In this document: piece after piece, positions 1 through 20,300 of the stretch
Layout of the letters: each line of letters begins with the position of its first letter
Position numbering within the stretch: position 1 is the stretch's first letter
Assembly (NCBI RefSeq): GCF_964355755.1
Contig: NC_092676.1
Coordinates: forward strand, 21,842,871 to 21,906,870
From: Antedon mediterranea
Lineage: Eukaryota > Animalia > Echinodermata
Direction of reading: 5' to 3'
DNA: 64,000 nucleotides
Translations under genes and position numbers: made by a program
The notes under the pieces: generated by a model
The model's input: the letters and a program-made list of their open reading frames with translations, nothing else
Database searches by the model: none
Told to the model about the DNA's origin: nothing

Positions 1-1010
1 ATATATTCACGTTACAACATAATAGGCCTTGCTCATTGTACTAATCTATAGTAGGCATACTATTATAATAATATTTATTCGGTCACCAAGGAAAAATAAC
101 CAGGAGTGAGAATAGGTTAAAGACCAAACAGATTCTGGATTCAATCCATACAATACATATTGTTTCCCATCTAATTATATGTTCAACATATATTGCCTAT
201 ATTATAAAATCATTAATTGTTTAATACTACTGTACTTTTTGTTGTTTTATTTATTGTTAAATGCATGTATATGCTGCATTTAACAATACACAGTTAGTAT
301 GTTAGTTGTTTGAATATAAAGTTTCATCGATGATTGATTATTATATTTTTATTCGGTTGCTTCATGTACAAATAAATAAATATTTTAACATTAATATTCT
401 TATATTATAATCCCATTAAAAACTATTGCACACGCCCAACACATCAGCCTATTAATCTACAGTGATTGAGATCATTATCACAGTACCACACATTTTAAAT
501 GACAACACAACACATTTGCAGTCGGACAAATAACAATGTAGTAGATTTTTTATTAAAAATGTAACATTTAGACAGCTATATATCTAAATGTTTACGTTTA
601 TCAGGCAATACAAGAGATTATATATACACACCCACACTGATATTGAACATTGTCTATTTTCATTTTTCAGTATAAATGAAATTCAAAATATATGATAATG
701 TTTAATCTTTAGTTGGAATGATTAATAGAAATTAATATTCTCACAATAATCAGTCTCTAGAGAATAATGAACAATAATTATTATGATATATGATATGTTA
801 TTGTTAATGATTTGCTAATGCCCAATACATGTTTATTGCAATGCCTATAACAATCATGCACTTTGTAGGCAGTATCCATTCTCTTCCTTATAATACTGTT
901 TTTTTATAACTGTGTGACACAGGAGGGTAATGATGCTATTCCTTCTATGGACTTTATTGAATATATTGCATGGCTGCAATGTGCTTATTTTATTTCACAC
1001 TTCATTTGCC

Positions 1011-1367
1011 AGGCTGCAGTGAGTCTATTGTATTTCCAGCATACAAAACACACTCCACATTACCTGTGTGCAAGTCTGCAGCGAGTTGCATTGAATTTCT
1101 AACATATAAAAACAAACTGCATTACCTATATGAAAGGCTGCAATGAGTCTATTGTGTTTACAGCATACAAAACCCTCATACATTATTGCAAGGCTACAGT
1201 GAGTCTATTGTATTTCTAGCATACACAAATACACTGCATTTTCTATTTGTATGGTTGCTGTGTGTCTATTAATTAATTCTAGCCTATAACCACACTACAC
1301 CTATATGCAAGGCTGCAGTAAGTCTATTGTATTTCCAGCATACACAAACACACTCCAGTACCTATAT
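1011..1367. repeat. ~61-bp degenerate tandem minisatellite (~6 copies) just downstream of the JMJD7 stop codon
   Basis: Recurring aggctgcagtgagtctattgtatttccagcatacaaaacacactccacattacc unit. Confidence 0.8.
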
Positions 1368-1437
1368 TTCTCTGTGTTAATCTGAGACTAGTTCCAATAG
1401 GTAAAAATAAAAATTATATTTAACTTAACTTTTGTCT

Positions 1438-7735
<6,298 letters not shown>

Positions 7736-8102
7736 GTTCTGAAGATGAGAGAAATAACTACTGTGATTGATGCAAGCTGAAGAGTTTTATCCATCATCAA
7801 AAGAAAAATTTAAAACAATGTTATCACATTTTATGATTTCTAAAGTTTTTTTTGTTTTTTTTTAATAACACTATTGTTGAAATATGCCATTTTATTGTCA
7901 CAAAATAGTTATTAATTTGTAGAAAAAAAACAAGAAACTTATTTAAAATTAATATTTAATCAACTAAAAAAAATTTAAATGAAGAGAAAAATAAGTTAAG
8001 CTGAAAGCGGGTTATTCATTAAATCCTAAACATTTGTATTTTAAAAATAAAAGTGAAATTAATTATTTTCGTTTGGATACTTTTTCCTGTAGTAAAGAAA
8101 AA

Positions 8103-8887
8103 CGCCGTGGCTAAAGATACGGTACCGTATTCTAACTTCTGTTTACTAAAGGTACGGTAAAATTGCATTACGTCATAACCAGCCAATGGGGTGCTGGGAC
8201 GTGTGACGTCATCGTATAAGGACTTTGTGGATTTTTTTCATATCGCGAAAACAGTGATCAACCGCATTTTCTTTATGCTTTATTTATCGCTATTATCGCC
8301 GTCGTGTGTGACAAAAACTAAATGTAGCCTACGTCTGTTATTATTATTGAAAAGCCAAAACATGTTGATTTTAATTCTAGAATACAGAAAACCGTTTCAA
8401 AAGAGGCCTAGGCTAGGCCTACTTACTACGCCTACTATAACCTCATTATATGAGTTTGTTTGTGTAGGGAAAGCAATGCCAGGCTGGGGCCAGCTGCATG
8501 TGTGCGCTGATTTCTGTGACTCGTTAGCCCTGGGGCTACTGTCTAAATCATAGTATTTGAGGGCCCCTTTATTGTCCGCATTTGCTTGTTGTTTATGGTC
8601 ACCATTGTAAACAAAGTTTTAAAAAAAATATAGGCCTAAATAGGCCATTTGGAATAAAAATAAAACCCTCATCTGCAGCGCACACACCCCCACGCAGCCT
8701 GGCGCCGCCGATAGGAATTCTCTACACAAAACAACAGAGACGCGATATGAAAAAAAAATCTCAAGTCCTTATACGATGACGTCACACACGTACCAGCACC
8801 TCATTGGTTGGTTATGACGTAATGCAATTTTACCGTACCTTTAGTAAACAGAAGTTAGAATACGGTACCGTATCTTTAGCCACGGCG
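8103..8887. mobile_element. Non-autonomous long-TIR DNA transposon with 9-bp TSD (Mutator-like)
   Basis: ~120-bp near-perfect inverted repeats (8103-8225 / 8764-8887) flanked by aaagaaaaa at 8094-8102 and 8888-8896. Confidence 0.8.
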
Positions 8888-10053
8888 AAAGAAAAAAGTA
8901 TTGTATGTTATAAATAACAATACATTTAATAATAATATTAATAGTATACCTAGTCTTGATTTTAATCTTCATTCATGTCATGTGAGAGTAGCAGGCTTGC
9001 GATGCGTACCTGTGTGTGGTCCGACAAGAAAGTATGCCTAGCCTCTCAGTCTAGGCATACAAGTATTGGTTTAGTCTACCTAGGCCTAGTAGTAGTAGTA
9101 GTAGTACCTAGTCCTACCTATTCACAACACAGGCCTTGTCTAGCCTTGCTGTCTGGCGGCTGCCCAGCCAACAACAAATAGCCAGCCAGGCCTAGATTTA
9201 ATAGTATTATTATACTAGGCCTAGTCAGAGGCCTAGCCGTAGATATATTATTAGGCCTACACTACTTCTAACAGGTATTATGCATAACCCGCTTACCTTT
9301 AAAGATGAATTATGTGTGTTGCAACAGTACTACAGGACAGTAGTAACTAAGTAGGCCTGACTCTGATTCTGACTGAATTTGAATGTAGAACAAAACATGT
9401 GTGTTAATCGTACGTGTTGACATTTAGCCCGCCCTCAACGAATCTTTTAAGTTTCCAATGTTATGAATATGAAGCGCCATGCATGCCAAAATGTTTATCG
9501 TTTTACCAATCAGAACCAATACCATCATGGCTCCTATATTCTTCTATCTAGTCGAGTATAATTATAGGTTCTAGACTCTGGTAGTTACATAATTGAATAT
9601 AATAGAATACTCAGCATAAAAAAAGACGAAGCAAATTCACATCAATCACACTTCGTAAAAAGTGAGATATTTAAGAATATCATTTAGAAAGGAGATATTT
9701 TAAAATTGTGTGAATGGTGAAAGGATTATTTTGTGGTGTATTAACTTTAATTCCCACAACCACATGATCCCTGTGTTGCTAACCGACTTGTTACGGATCA
9801 GTTTAAATTAATCGTCGTTATATTCTAATGCATGATTAGTTCTTTATGAATAATTGTGATATCTGATCCCTTATTCATGCTTGACGGTCTACTACCTATG
9901 AAAAGAAAACAAGCGTCCTCCACCAACGGCAAAATACACAATAGGTGCAAAGGTCTGTATAATTATAACTGCGACACTTGAGTATTGAGGAAACGACGGT
10001 TAATCGATAACATTGTAGCCTGACGTTTGGATATCTCTAGGCCTACAAAAATC

Positions 10054-12453
10054 ATGGTGAAACCAACAATACATCCCGTCGGAAAGGATGCTGTTGACCA
10101 AGAAAAGAAAGACCGCCAGAAGTATGACGACTCGTGTGTGGTTGTGGTAAGTAACATTTTCAGATTATCTGTTGACACGAACTCAATGTAAATCCGTTAT
10201 GTACACGTTTAAGCTGATCCGAATCATGTTCTTGTACAACCGCGGTAAAAATGCTTGTGTAATTTAACAATATTTTATTTATTGGAGTGAATTGCAGTCT
10301 ATCGAAGTTCAGTTAGGCCTATAATTTGTTCTCTTCGTTCAAACGAAACAAAAATACACTAATATATACATATATACCCTGATAAGAAGTGCTTAATATA
10401 CATTCTTTTACATCAGGTTTAAATTGTATTGGCGGATGTACCACTTACTAAAACCATTTCGGAGATGTATACCCGAGTTATCACGGTTACCGACACGGAG
10501 TTATAAGAAAGATAACGGATCACCTACCGGAGATGTAATTCGGATACGATATCTATATAATTATCAGTAATAAACGGGAAATGTACATTTGTCAAGTTTT
10601 CATTATAAAATGCTTAATATAATATCTATGCGAGTCTACTTCCTACAACACCCGTCAGCAACGCATATCGGTATTCTTTCCTTTTCTTGGCCTTCTGGCC
10701 AATTTTGGACAGCTAAACTATAGTAGGTATCGCCATGGATCCATTAATTAATTGTCATGGTATCTCTTATCGGTGTGGTGATCTGGTTGTCTCGGGTAGT
10801 AGACGGTTTAAGGCATTTCCTCAGTTTCTAGTCACAAGGGGGACGATATGTTTCAGTTTGTTTTATATTTTACTTTCGATAAGGGCTACTTTGAAAAAGA
10901 GATGTATGATTGTATAACACATAAACGATAGACCTATACGGTATACACTTATTATTTACCGAGAGATAGATAATTATAAGCCTATCTGTACACAGAGTAA
11001 ATCCAATATGTACAGTAAATATAGAAAAATGACATCACTATTGGCAGACGCTGTACAAATACGCCATACCACGAATATCGATTGTTTGAATTCGATCGGC
11101 CATTATTGTCGGAACTAAGGAAACCGATTGGGCATAATAACAATAACATGTCTTTACATTTTATTGTATTTATAAACCAAAGTCAATTATCATTTATTTA
11201 CGTCTGTTTTATTATGCTGTTGGCTGAGTCGTCAGAGAGATGACACGGCAAATTCCGCATTGTGTGGCTTGTTTGCTTTTAGATTATATAACAATGAACA
11301 TCTATAATGACGATAACTGATGTATCAGGTACCCTTTCTCAAAATAATTTTTGCGTAACATATTATTTTTAGAATGTTGTTGTCTTGTTCTGGGAGTTGA
11401 GATTATGAATTGTCGTTAATCCTAATCCGGGAATATTAGCCATAATGGCTCTTTCAGCATTCTATAAAGACTCAATAATCCATAGAAATGGCCGAGCTAG
11501 TTGCGTAATTGGAGCCAGGTACTGTACTGGCATACAGACAGACACAACATACATACCCATAATAGGCCTACTTTTTGCAGATTTCACAAAAAACATGACT
11601 TTTATAGTCATTCTACATCCCTTGCCTACGAGAAAATGTCATTTAAGTCACATATATGCAGTTTAATATCTTGCATTTGAACTTCATTGTAAGAATTGTT
11701 ATTGTTTTCTAATAATATGATATTATAGGTCACCACTGGTACAACAAAACCAGTTCCCAAGGCTGGATGCAACAAACGCAAAGTTGTCCTGTTGACCATT
11801 GCTGTTCTGTGTATAATAGCAGTTGCTGTAATTGGAACGTACATTGCCCTAACATTAATGTTCGATTTACATGTAAGTTTTCTTTTATTTTTACGGTTTT
11901 GCTTGTTTGAGATGTATAGGTATGGTACGCTACAAGTGCAAATATGTTTATATTTTTACAAAATTACAAGCGAATCGCAGTCTAAAACCGAGACTAAAAA
12001 GACGATTATGTCTTGTTAATGTTTCCATAGGATTCTGGGGACAGCAGCAGTAGCAGTAGTGAAAGTGGAGAATTCGACGGCAATCACGGAGAGCACGGTG
12101 GCGATGGAAACCATGGCAGTGGCAGTGACAGTGACGAGCACGGCGGTGGTGGTAGCCACGAACATGGCGGCCATCATGGAGGCCACGGCGGCGACAGCCA
12201 CGAACATGGTGGACATCATGGAGGACATGGCAGCGATAGTCACGGGCATGGAGGACATCATGGAGGCCACAGCAGTGGTGAACATGGAGGGGGACATCGA
12301 CCTAGACCCACTCATCGACCTAGACCAGAACCTGAGCATGGTCGACCAGAACCTGAGCACGGTCGACCAGAACCTGGGCACGGTGGTGGTGGACATGGCG
12401 GTACATATCCTCGTCCATTTCCGGAGGGAACACGCGGACCCTACTACGCATAA
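10054..12453 (+). CDS. Uncharacterised 219-aa type II single-pass membrane protein with Ser/Asp-, Gly/His- and Pro/Arg-rich ectodomain; 3 coding exons
   Basis: Exons 10054-10146 (aaaaatcATGG start, GTAAGT donor), 11729-11872 (tattatAG acceptor, GTAAGT donor) and 12031-12453 (tttccatAG acceptor, TAA), all phase 0. Product: MVKPTIHPVGKDAVDQEKKDRQKYDDSCVVV-VTTGTTKPVPKAGCNKRKVVLLTIAVLCIIAVAVIGTYIALTLMFDLH-DSGDSSSSSSESGEFDGNHGEHGG..(SHEHGGHHGGHGGD)-like x3..(RPEPEHG)-like x3..GPYYA*. Confidence 0.75.
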
Positions 12454-13598
12454 AAACCTAAACAAACTAGATCTTCTAACCAGGCCTCGTCCTGGTCCTT
12501 TTTTGAGTAAATTACGCTTATAACAGTCGTGTATAATGATCGATTCAGTGATATTGTGAATATTTTCCTTAAAACGTTTATAAATTAATATAAACTACTG
12601 ATTAAAATTGAATAGATAAGAATGATTAATACAATTCAGAATACATTTCTTGATTGATAAAAAAAACTCTAATAGTCGATCTTTCAACGTTAAACAGCAA
12701 TAACAAATTACTTTGTATTACCGTAGTAAAATTAGGGTGATTGTTGAATTAAAAGAGATATTATATTTGAATTATTCTGTTTCTCAATTTTAATGATTTG
12801 AATCAATGATATTTCAAGGTATTAACAGCATTATGTTATATGTATATTTAATTTGATTGGTTACCTATTACGTGTCCTTCAGTATTAGTTCTACTATACT
12901 GAAGGGGAAGAAAATACATTTTCTTCTAAAAGAATGATGTGTCTAAAAGAACGGTTAATGATTGTTTAGTTACCAAAACATGTTTTTAGTCCATTTTATT
13001 ATATAGCTTTAGAAATAATTCAATAAAAAAAGTTCACCAATGACAGGCATGCAATGTCTAATCATGCATTAAAAGTGTAATCAAATCGAAAGTTTTAACA
13101 ACCCTTAGAATTTCATATCACAAAAAGTACATCATCCCAACGCGGTACATAACAAAAGTACTACAAATACAAACATTAGTCAAAATGTAGGTCTATATTG
13201 TAACAAATATATCTCTTTTTAAAGAGATATATTAGTAACAATTTAAAAATCGCTTTCAGAAAAAAATATCTTATTATATAATAATCTTATATAATAATCT
13301 AATAATATCTTAGTCCTAATTTAACATGCCGATTTCCGAATAACGTAACGATCAAACATTATGTTTGGTTCCCACTTGTTGGACGTAACGCAATGACGTA
13401 GGGGAAAAACGAGTTGACCAATCACAAGCGACAGTTTGGATGATCCATCGTAATTTAAACACGTCAAATAAACGTAATTTCAATAACCATTACGTAAAAC
13501 GAAGAACGTAACATAGTAAAAATGTAGAAACTTGATAGGGTTTGTTTATAGATAAACATTGACAAAATATTGAATATTGATACATATACGTACGCGCC

Positions 13599-13778
13599 TT
13601 AAAGCTTGGTTCCACTAGAACGTAACGCCAGGACGTAAACGCAACGCAAGCGTTTTAACCAATGACAACCGAAATTATGGACAGTTAGCAATCACAAGCG
13701 AATAAGCCATCGCTTGTGATTGGTCAATTCACTTGCGTTGCGTCCTTGTGTTGCGTCGCTAGTGGGAACCACGCTTAA
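13599..13778. mobile_element. Short palindromic MITE
   Basis: aagcttggttccactag ... ctagtgggaaccacgctt inverted ends with internal mirror symmetry. Related fragments lie at ~13365, ~52440-52650 and ~61300. Confidence 0.6.
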
Positions 13779-14346
13779 TTGTCACAAACATTGTGCGTAT
13801 ACATTGGGTTTTAATCCATAGCCATTCATTAAAATGAAATCTAAGTATAAAAATGATGGCCAGGTGACAAATATTACCATCTATATTATAATACAGAAGG
13901 TGTACGTTTGTTCATAAAAAAAAGTCCTACTGCACGAATCCATACACATGGGGTATAAAAATGACTGCAAATGTACTGGGAATGTTTATGTGAAATCTTA
14001 AAAGTATCCGCCGACCGTACCACAATATCTTATAAATTGCCAACTTTTCACCACTTTAGCAGCTGTTTTTTGTACAAGTTTGTTCAGCTATTGTTTGCAT
14101 CAATAACTACAATTTTACTGGGAAGATTTTAAAATTACATTTGAACGAAAACCGGGTGCAGCAGTAGATGGAAGATGCTAGGGTTGGAGGTAATTAGGTT
14201 TCAAGATGACCACAATTTTACTAGCATCACAGTTTTAAACTACATTTAAACCACCATCCGAGTAGGGGTAAGGTTAAATGCACTGAGGGGGAAGTACCAG
14301 AAGGCATAGACCTATTAAAATTGCAGCGAAAAGAAAATTGTTTTGC

Positions 14347-17300
14347 TCAAGCTGAACCAGTGTATGGTTTTAGTGAGCTAGCAGCCGACTGTATAGTATA
14401 TGTTGCGATAGAAATTTGCTGTTTAACAATATCCCATTTGTTAACATCCGGGTTGTTGTCAATGTCAAACATAGCGTCAACGATTCCTGGAAACTTGTCA
14501 CTAGCGTAACTGTTCTTGCTGCTTGGTGCAAACACGATGTGCCTGAAATAATAATAATAATAGATAGATAGATTTATATAGCGCAAATAAACGACGTCTC
14601 TATGCGCTCTAAAGAGAAAGAGTGGAAACCAAAAGGAAGAGAGCAAAAAGACAAAAACACCAAGTTAGCACCCAACCCAGAGTATGGGGATACACCATCA
14701 TCACTATCCGGGGATCAGTGTGAAAGTACCCTAGTTAGCATCGGTTAGGTATTGATATTTTCAGGGATCCGATGCCTCCTAGCCTAGTCAGAAAACAACA
14801 ACATGCAAGAATTGTGAACAAAAGCAATAAAAAAAGGATTACAATGATGCGAACAAATAAGTCTTAAGACGCAGCTTGAAAATGTTGACAGAAATAAATA
14901 GATTTATTGTTTGTATTAGCATCAAAAAATATTAAACATTTTCTGTATTTATAAACTGTAAGGCGTACATAAACTTAATTCTTACTCTAGCCTACTCACC
15001 TGGTAAGAGGGCGACCTGGTAGTCCAAGAGGATCTACAAATGTTCGCTCGAGCTGCATTATTTGGTCGTTAAACATTCTTATTTCAATTGGGCTTAAAAA
15101 AGGAGAAAAAAAAATAATTAAACAAATAGCAGAAATATCTGACACTCAATTGTCAAGCATTGTCCATAGAGGTGTCTATTTTTATACCTCCATGCATTGT
15201 GTCCACTATGTAAAATGCTTATTTATACTTCATACACGGTTTTCTTTATTTTTGTCAGGTTCAACCTTATTACGATGCTTGTAAGGAAGATGTATGTAAC
15301 TGTTATGAATCAAGATCCGACTGCACATAAATATATATATATTGTGTTAAACAACTGTGTTTCTTTTCATAAAATATTATTTTTTGGTAAGTATACATTT
15401 TTTTTATATACGAGGAGTACGCAAAAAAATCCACGCGCAAAGAAGTTTATTTAGAGTGGAGATCAGCAGATAGATGTCGTAAGTGAAGGGTTATTGTTCA
15501 ATAATCATGTGTTTATTTTTGGTCAGTTGATAGGTGTACGTAGTAGGCCTACATAGTAATGAGGTTGATGGTTTTATGTGTAAATTTCGAATTATTTTCA
15601 AAGCGGTCGCGCCTGGCTCTACACTTTGTTGCCGTTTCAACATTGGATTTATGACTACTACTGACTAATTAATTGAATAACTTAAAATTGGTTGATATAT
15701 TTTCTTAAGTCCCTTAATTCAACTCAAAGCATTACACTATTTTTATGTTCAAGAAAAGATGTAATTGTTAAAATACATACTTCGTTTTGTCAACCTTAGA
15801 AAGTCTTTCCTCAAAACCTGCAGCTGCGCTGGTAAAGTTATTCACAGCACTTTCGAATTCATCTGAAACAAATAACAAACTCAAACAATTAAATAAAAAC
15901 AGCCACAATGATCAACATAACTTCTGCAACAAAATAATACTTTTAAAAACTTTGAAAACTTGATTTTTCGAATTGTTCTATACACTTTGAATCAGTTTGT
16001 AAATAACAATACATTGAATAATAACGTACCAAGTGACACATTTTCTTCAAGAATCCGTTTTCCAATTTCTCCTGATTTTAAATTATTGAAGTACATCTCA
16101 ACGTCTGTAGCATAGTCTACGCAACTCATTGGAATTATCAGTGAATCAGAGAGCGCCCTCATAAGCTCTCCCATAATGTGACCTGTTGTCAGGTGGAACT
16201 TGAAGCCCGGATCATAAAGTTTGTCGACAAGGTAGAAAGTCTCATAAACCGAATGGTACATTGGATAGGACGCTACTGGATATGCGACCTAAAGATAAAC
16301 AAAATCATTAAAATACAACATACATGTATTGATCCCAATGTTTCTACATACATTTCTGGAAATTGGTGCTGTGCTGTGATTTGGTTCATTGGGTGCACTC
16401 TGTCGAAATATTTATTTTCAAATTTCCACTTTTTATTGTAAATTTGTTTAAAGAAAATGTCTTGCATATTTTATTCAGATAGTGTTAAGATTTAAGTATG
16501 TATTTATAATATTATCACCATTTCTCAAGTATAATGATGCCTCCTGGTGTTTTTTTTTCCTAACTTTTTGATGTTGGCTTATTGTCAACTTGCAATAAAA
16601 AATTGTTTAATACTTACACGGTCGTATGTGTATGACATGTCAAAAGCGGAAATTCCAATTTGCTGCAGAAAGGATGCATAATCACTTCCGGAGCCTAATC
16701 CTCCAATACTACAATTAACAAAATATGTTCTGTAAGTTTCTTTTGATGATAGACTGCTGATTATTGCGTTTCAAATGTATGCGGCTCACCGTATCTGTTG
16801 TGATTGTCAATATTATCTTAGAATGAATGCTGATGAACAGACGTTTGTAACCATACTGAGTAGGCCCTAATTAAAAACCTTGGTAGTTGTATTTAATTGT
16901 GTCCGAAACGGTAGTGGAAAGTCGAACTACAGTACATAATCACCATTTTCAGATTGTTATTCAAATTAGTGTTTAATGTTTTATTTTATTTAAAGAGGCA
17001 TTGAAATATAATTCTTAAATTGTTTTTGTTGAATATGTCACTTCAATGCCACATAAGAGTTGTGTAATGTAATTAAACTGTATTTTTATTTTTTAAATAG
17101 TCAATTGACTGACAGTCAATGTCATTTTGGTTGATTTGATTTATTTTGTCATTTTAGGTAAAAAAATATTGTTTTCGTTTTTTTCTTACGGAAGTGATTA
17201 GCTTTACTAAAACTACAAAAAAATGAACACAATTTACAAACGTCGCCATGTACCTTGCATGTTTAAAACAACTTACTGTGGTTCTTCGTTCTCCTTCGTT

Positions 17301-20300
17301 TGAGATCTTTCTACCCATATATCATATATACTTTTGCCTGTGTTTTCGGGATCCTTAACCTGTAATGAAAATATTAAATAATAAATCATTGTGATCTCTC
17401 ATCAACATTATTATGCTAGATATTCTTTTTTTTTTAAAAACCTTTATGCACAAATGGCGTGTCATAACTGTACTTGAATTTGGGATAACCCAAAAGCTAG
17501 CTGGTGGCAGTACTTAAAAATAAATAATTGGATTAAAGCTTCTAATCGGCAAGTCCACAGCGTTAATTAATTTTTATTATTTTTTGTTGTTGAAAAGTTC
17601 TTAAGATGGATAGTATTTTGTAGAAAAGAGTTACGTGCTTTCGGTAAAAAAAATGTTTAAAACCTCCCAACGTTTTGTGCCTGTGTTAAAAACCTTACTA
17701 AAAACGTTTGTTGACGTGTGTACTTTTAAACTAGAAAAACAATTTAAAATATTTACAAGTTTTGCAGTATCATAAACCAGTTGCTTCATGTTGGGCGTGG
17801 CTGATGCATCTAACATGTACGTTCCTGTAAAAGTAAAATGAACCGGTATATAGGCAACGAAATATCATCATCATCGTGTTTTTTCTCCAATAAATGCAAT
17901 TTAATAGGCAAGTGATATCAGCCTCAGCTTTATTGTGTTATCGAAAGAAAGTTTGGTAATATTATCAACTGGAACTATTTTAAATACTCCTGTGTTGGTA
18001 AAGAATTTTGCAGATTTGAAAAACTTTCGAAAAAAAGCCACAAAGCTGAACCAGGTATAAATTATTTTGAAAATTGTAAAACCAGTTTTTTCTTCATTTA
18101 TATTTTTTAACCTAAAATAAACGTTGTGAACTCCTTTCTCTTTTACGAATCAATTTGTATGGTGTTGTGTTAATTTGTTAATGAATGAATTGTAGATAAT
18201 ACTTGTTAGTTTATTACTTTATTGTATTGTATCTCCATGTGCTAGGTAATGTAATATAAGAAACATCACATTGTAAAAACATATACATGTTTAGTACTTA
18301 AATACCTTCAATTGCCACGTCTAAATTTAGATATGTAACTGCCCTTTCACCAAGATTTTTGGAAAATTCCTATAACAAAAACAATGCAAAACACTGCATA
18401 ATTATTTAAAATTTTTAAATGTCACTTCTTTACTTTATTCATATCTATAATTTAAGACACAAAAAGCATACTATTACACTTTTGTAGAGCCTAAATATTT
18501 TTCACCACCAGTACTTATTGATGACTAATTGGACTCAGAAAAAAACAACAAAATAGCGATAGTAGGAAAAACCATTTTGCTTTTCAAAAGTCAGAAGATT
18601 ACCTCATACGGTTATATTTGACCCATGTACATTAGCTGTCCGATCATTTATAAAAATTAAATATAAAAACAAAAACACAAGTAGTCTTATCTCTTTACCT
18701 CCACCCATTCTGTAGATCCAATAAGACCTTGTTCTTCAGCTCCCCAGCTTCCAAACACCAATGTGCGTCGTGGCCTCCACCCTAAACAACAGTTTAAATA
18801 TGTAATATTAATAGTTCTTATTAATTGCAATGACTATTTCAATTCCCTTTCGCCAACGTGTTTATGTCAATACATGACGTTGTTTAATTGTAGCAAATCG
18901 TTCTATAAACTATGAAATTTTGTCATTTGACGTACCATTGTCAACCATCTTACAAAATGCTCTAGCAACTTCCATCATGACAGCTGTACCTCCTGATGCG
19001 TCAATTGCTCCAAATGCCCATGCGTCTCTGTGGTTACCCATAATAACGTAACGATCTGGAGGAAAACAATCCATTCAGCGATGTGTATTTTGCATTGAAT
19101 GCGCGTGCCTTACTAGCTAGTTTGGAAGTGCATGCGTTTTTGACAACATGGAGGTGCAGACCTACTTTGATCTAGGCCTGGAATTTTATCAATCTGTATT
19201 GTTAAGTAAAGATAGTTTAAAATTGCTTAATTTAAAACATGTCAATTAATCTACTTATCTTAAGGAATGGAATTTGTCATCTAAGAAATACGTAAAGGAT
19301 ATTTGCTTAAGTTATTTTGGAAAAAAAATCATTGAGCTGCAGCTAGTTTAATAAATCTTTAAATTTACCTGGTTCCACTTCGCCTTCAATCATTCCAATT
19401 GTGTTGTATGCCATTCCTCTCACATTCGATGAGTATATATTCATTCTCACTTCCCTATCAATTATAAAAAATACTGCTGTTTTATTCATATAGGCCTACA
19501 ACTTTACTAATGAAAATGATAGCTATCATAATCTGTATACACGACGTTTATTAATAAAAAATAAACTACTAAGAAATATTGATGGGATCAGAAACGAGTA
19601 TAACGTGAGTCCTTGTTGGGACTGTACGAAAAAATTATATGGAATTGTACTTGATACATTAATCAAAGACTAAATAGGAGAAATGTTGTTATATTTTTTT
19701 CCATGAGACACATCTTTGTCTATCAAATAGTTTCAACTAAATTTGTGGTCATACAACGCATAATAAATAAACAAACTTGTTAATATCTGCGCCAGCGAAT
19801 CCAGGTCCGTATCGATAGGTGAGATTCTCTAGGTTTCCGCGCCATTCTGATACCACTTCGTTACCATCAAGACGCCTTAAAGAGCAAAACGAAAACACAA
19901 TAAGACCTAACTATAAATGCACCCCCTGTCTTGAAGAATCAAAATAAAAAGATTGTATAAAAATGCTCTTCGATTACTATATTATCAAAACGCTACGAGT
20001 ATTTTTTTTTTCAACTTTTTTAATTAATTAAATTGTTATGCCTACTTACTTCAGAAATTCTGTCGCGTCATCGTAGCCTATAGGATGAACGGGGATAGCA
20101 GGTAGTGAGTCTGCAATGCTTTCTTCACTATGACGATAAGCGTAATCTATTAAAATAAAATGATCGGTAGGTAAATGTGGACACAATTTTCATCAACCGT
20201 AACATCTACTTGCTATAATTTAATCAGGTAAATTATTAATTACAACATAAAAAATATCTGGGTATACGTAATATGTTAATTGAGATCAAATAGTGACGTC

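Noticed and set aside
8191-9181. Short ORFs upstream of JMJD7
   Set aside because: They lie in a non-autonomous element or low-complexity AGGCCT/TAG-rich DNA and show no recognisable domains
11445-11666. Alternative first exon for the His-rich gene
   Set aside because: Weaker donors and a nondescript peptide; 10054-10146 has a better start context and a perfect GTAAGT donor in the right phase. Not fully excluded as an alternative.
12016-12523. ORF-track proteins rich in Met/Ala/Thr/Val on both strands
   Set aside because: They are shadow frames of the Gly/His-rich exon, whose frame is fixed by the phase-0 acceptor at 12031
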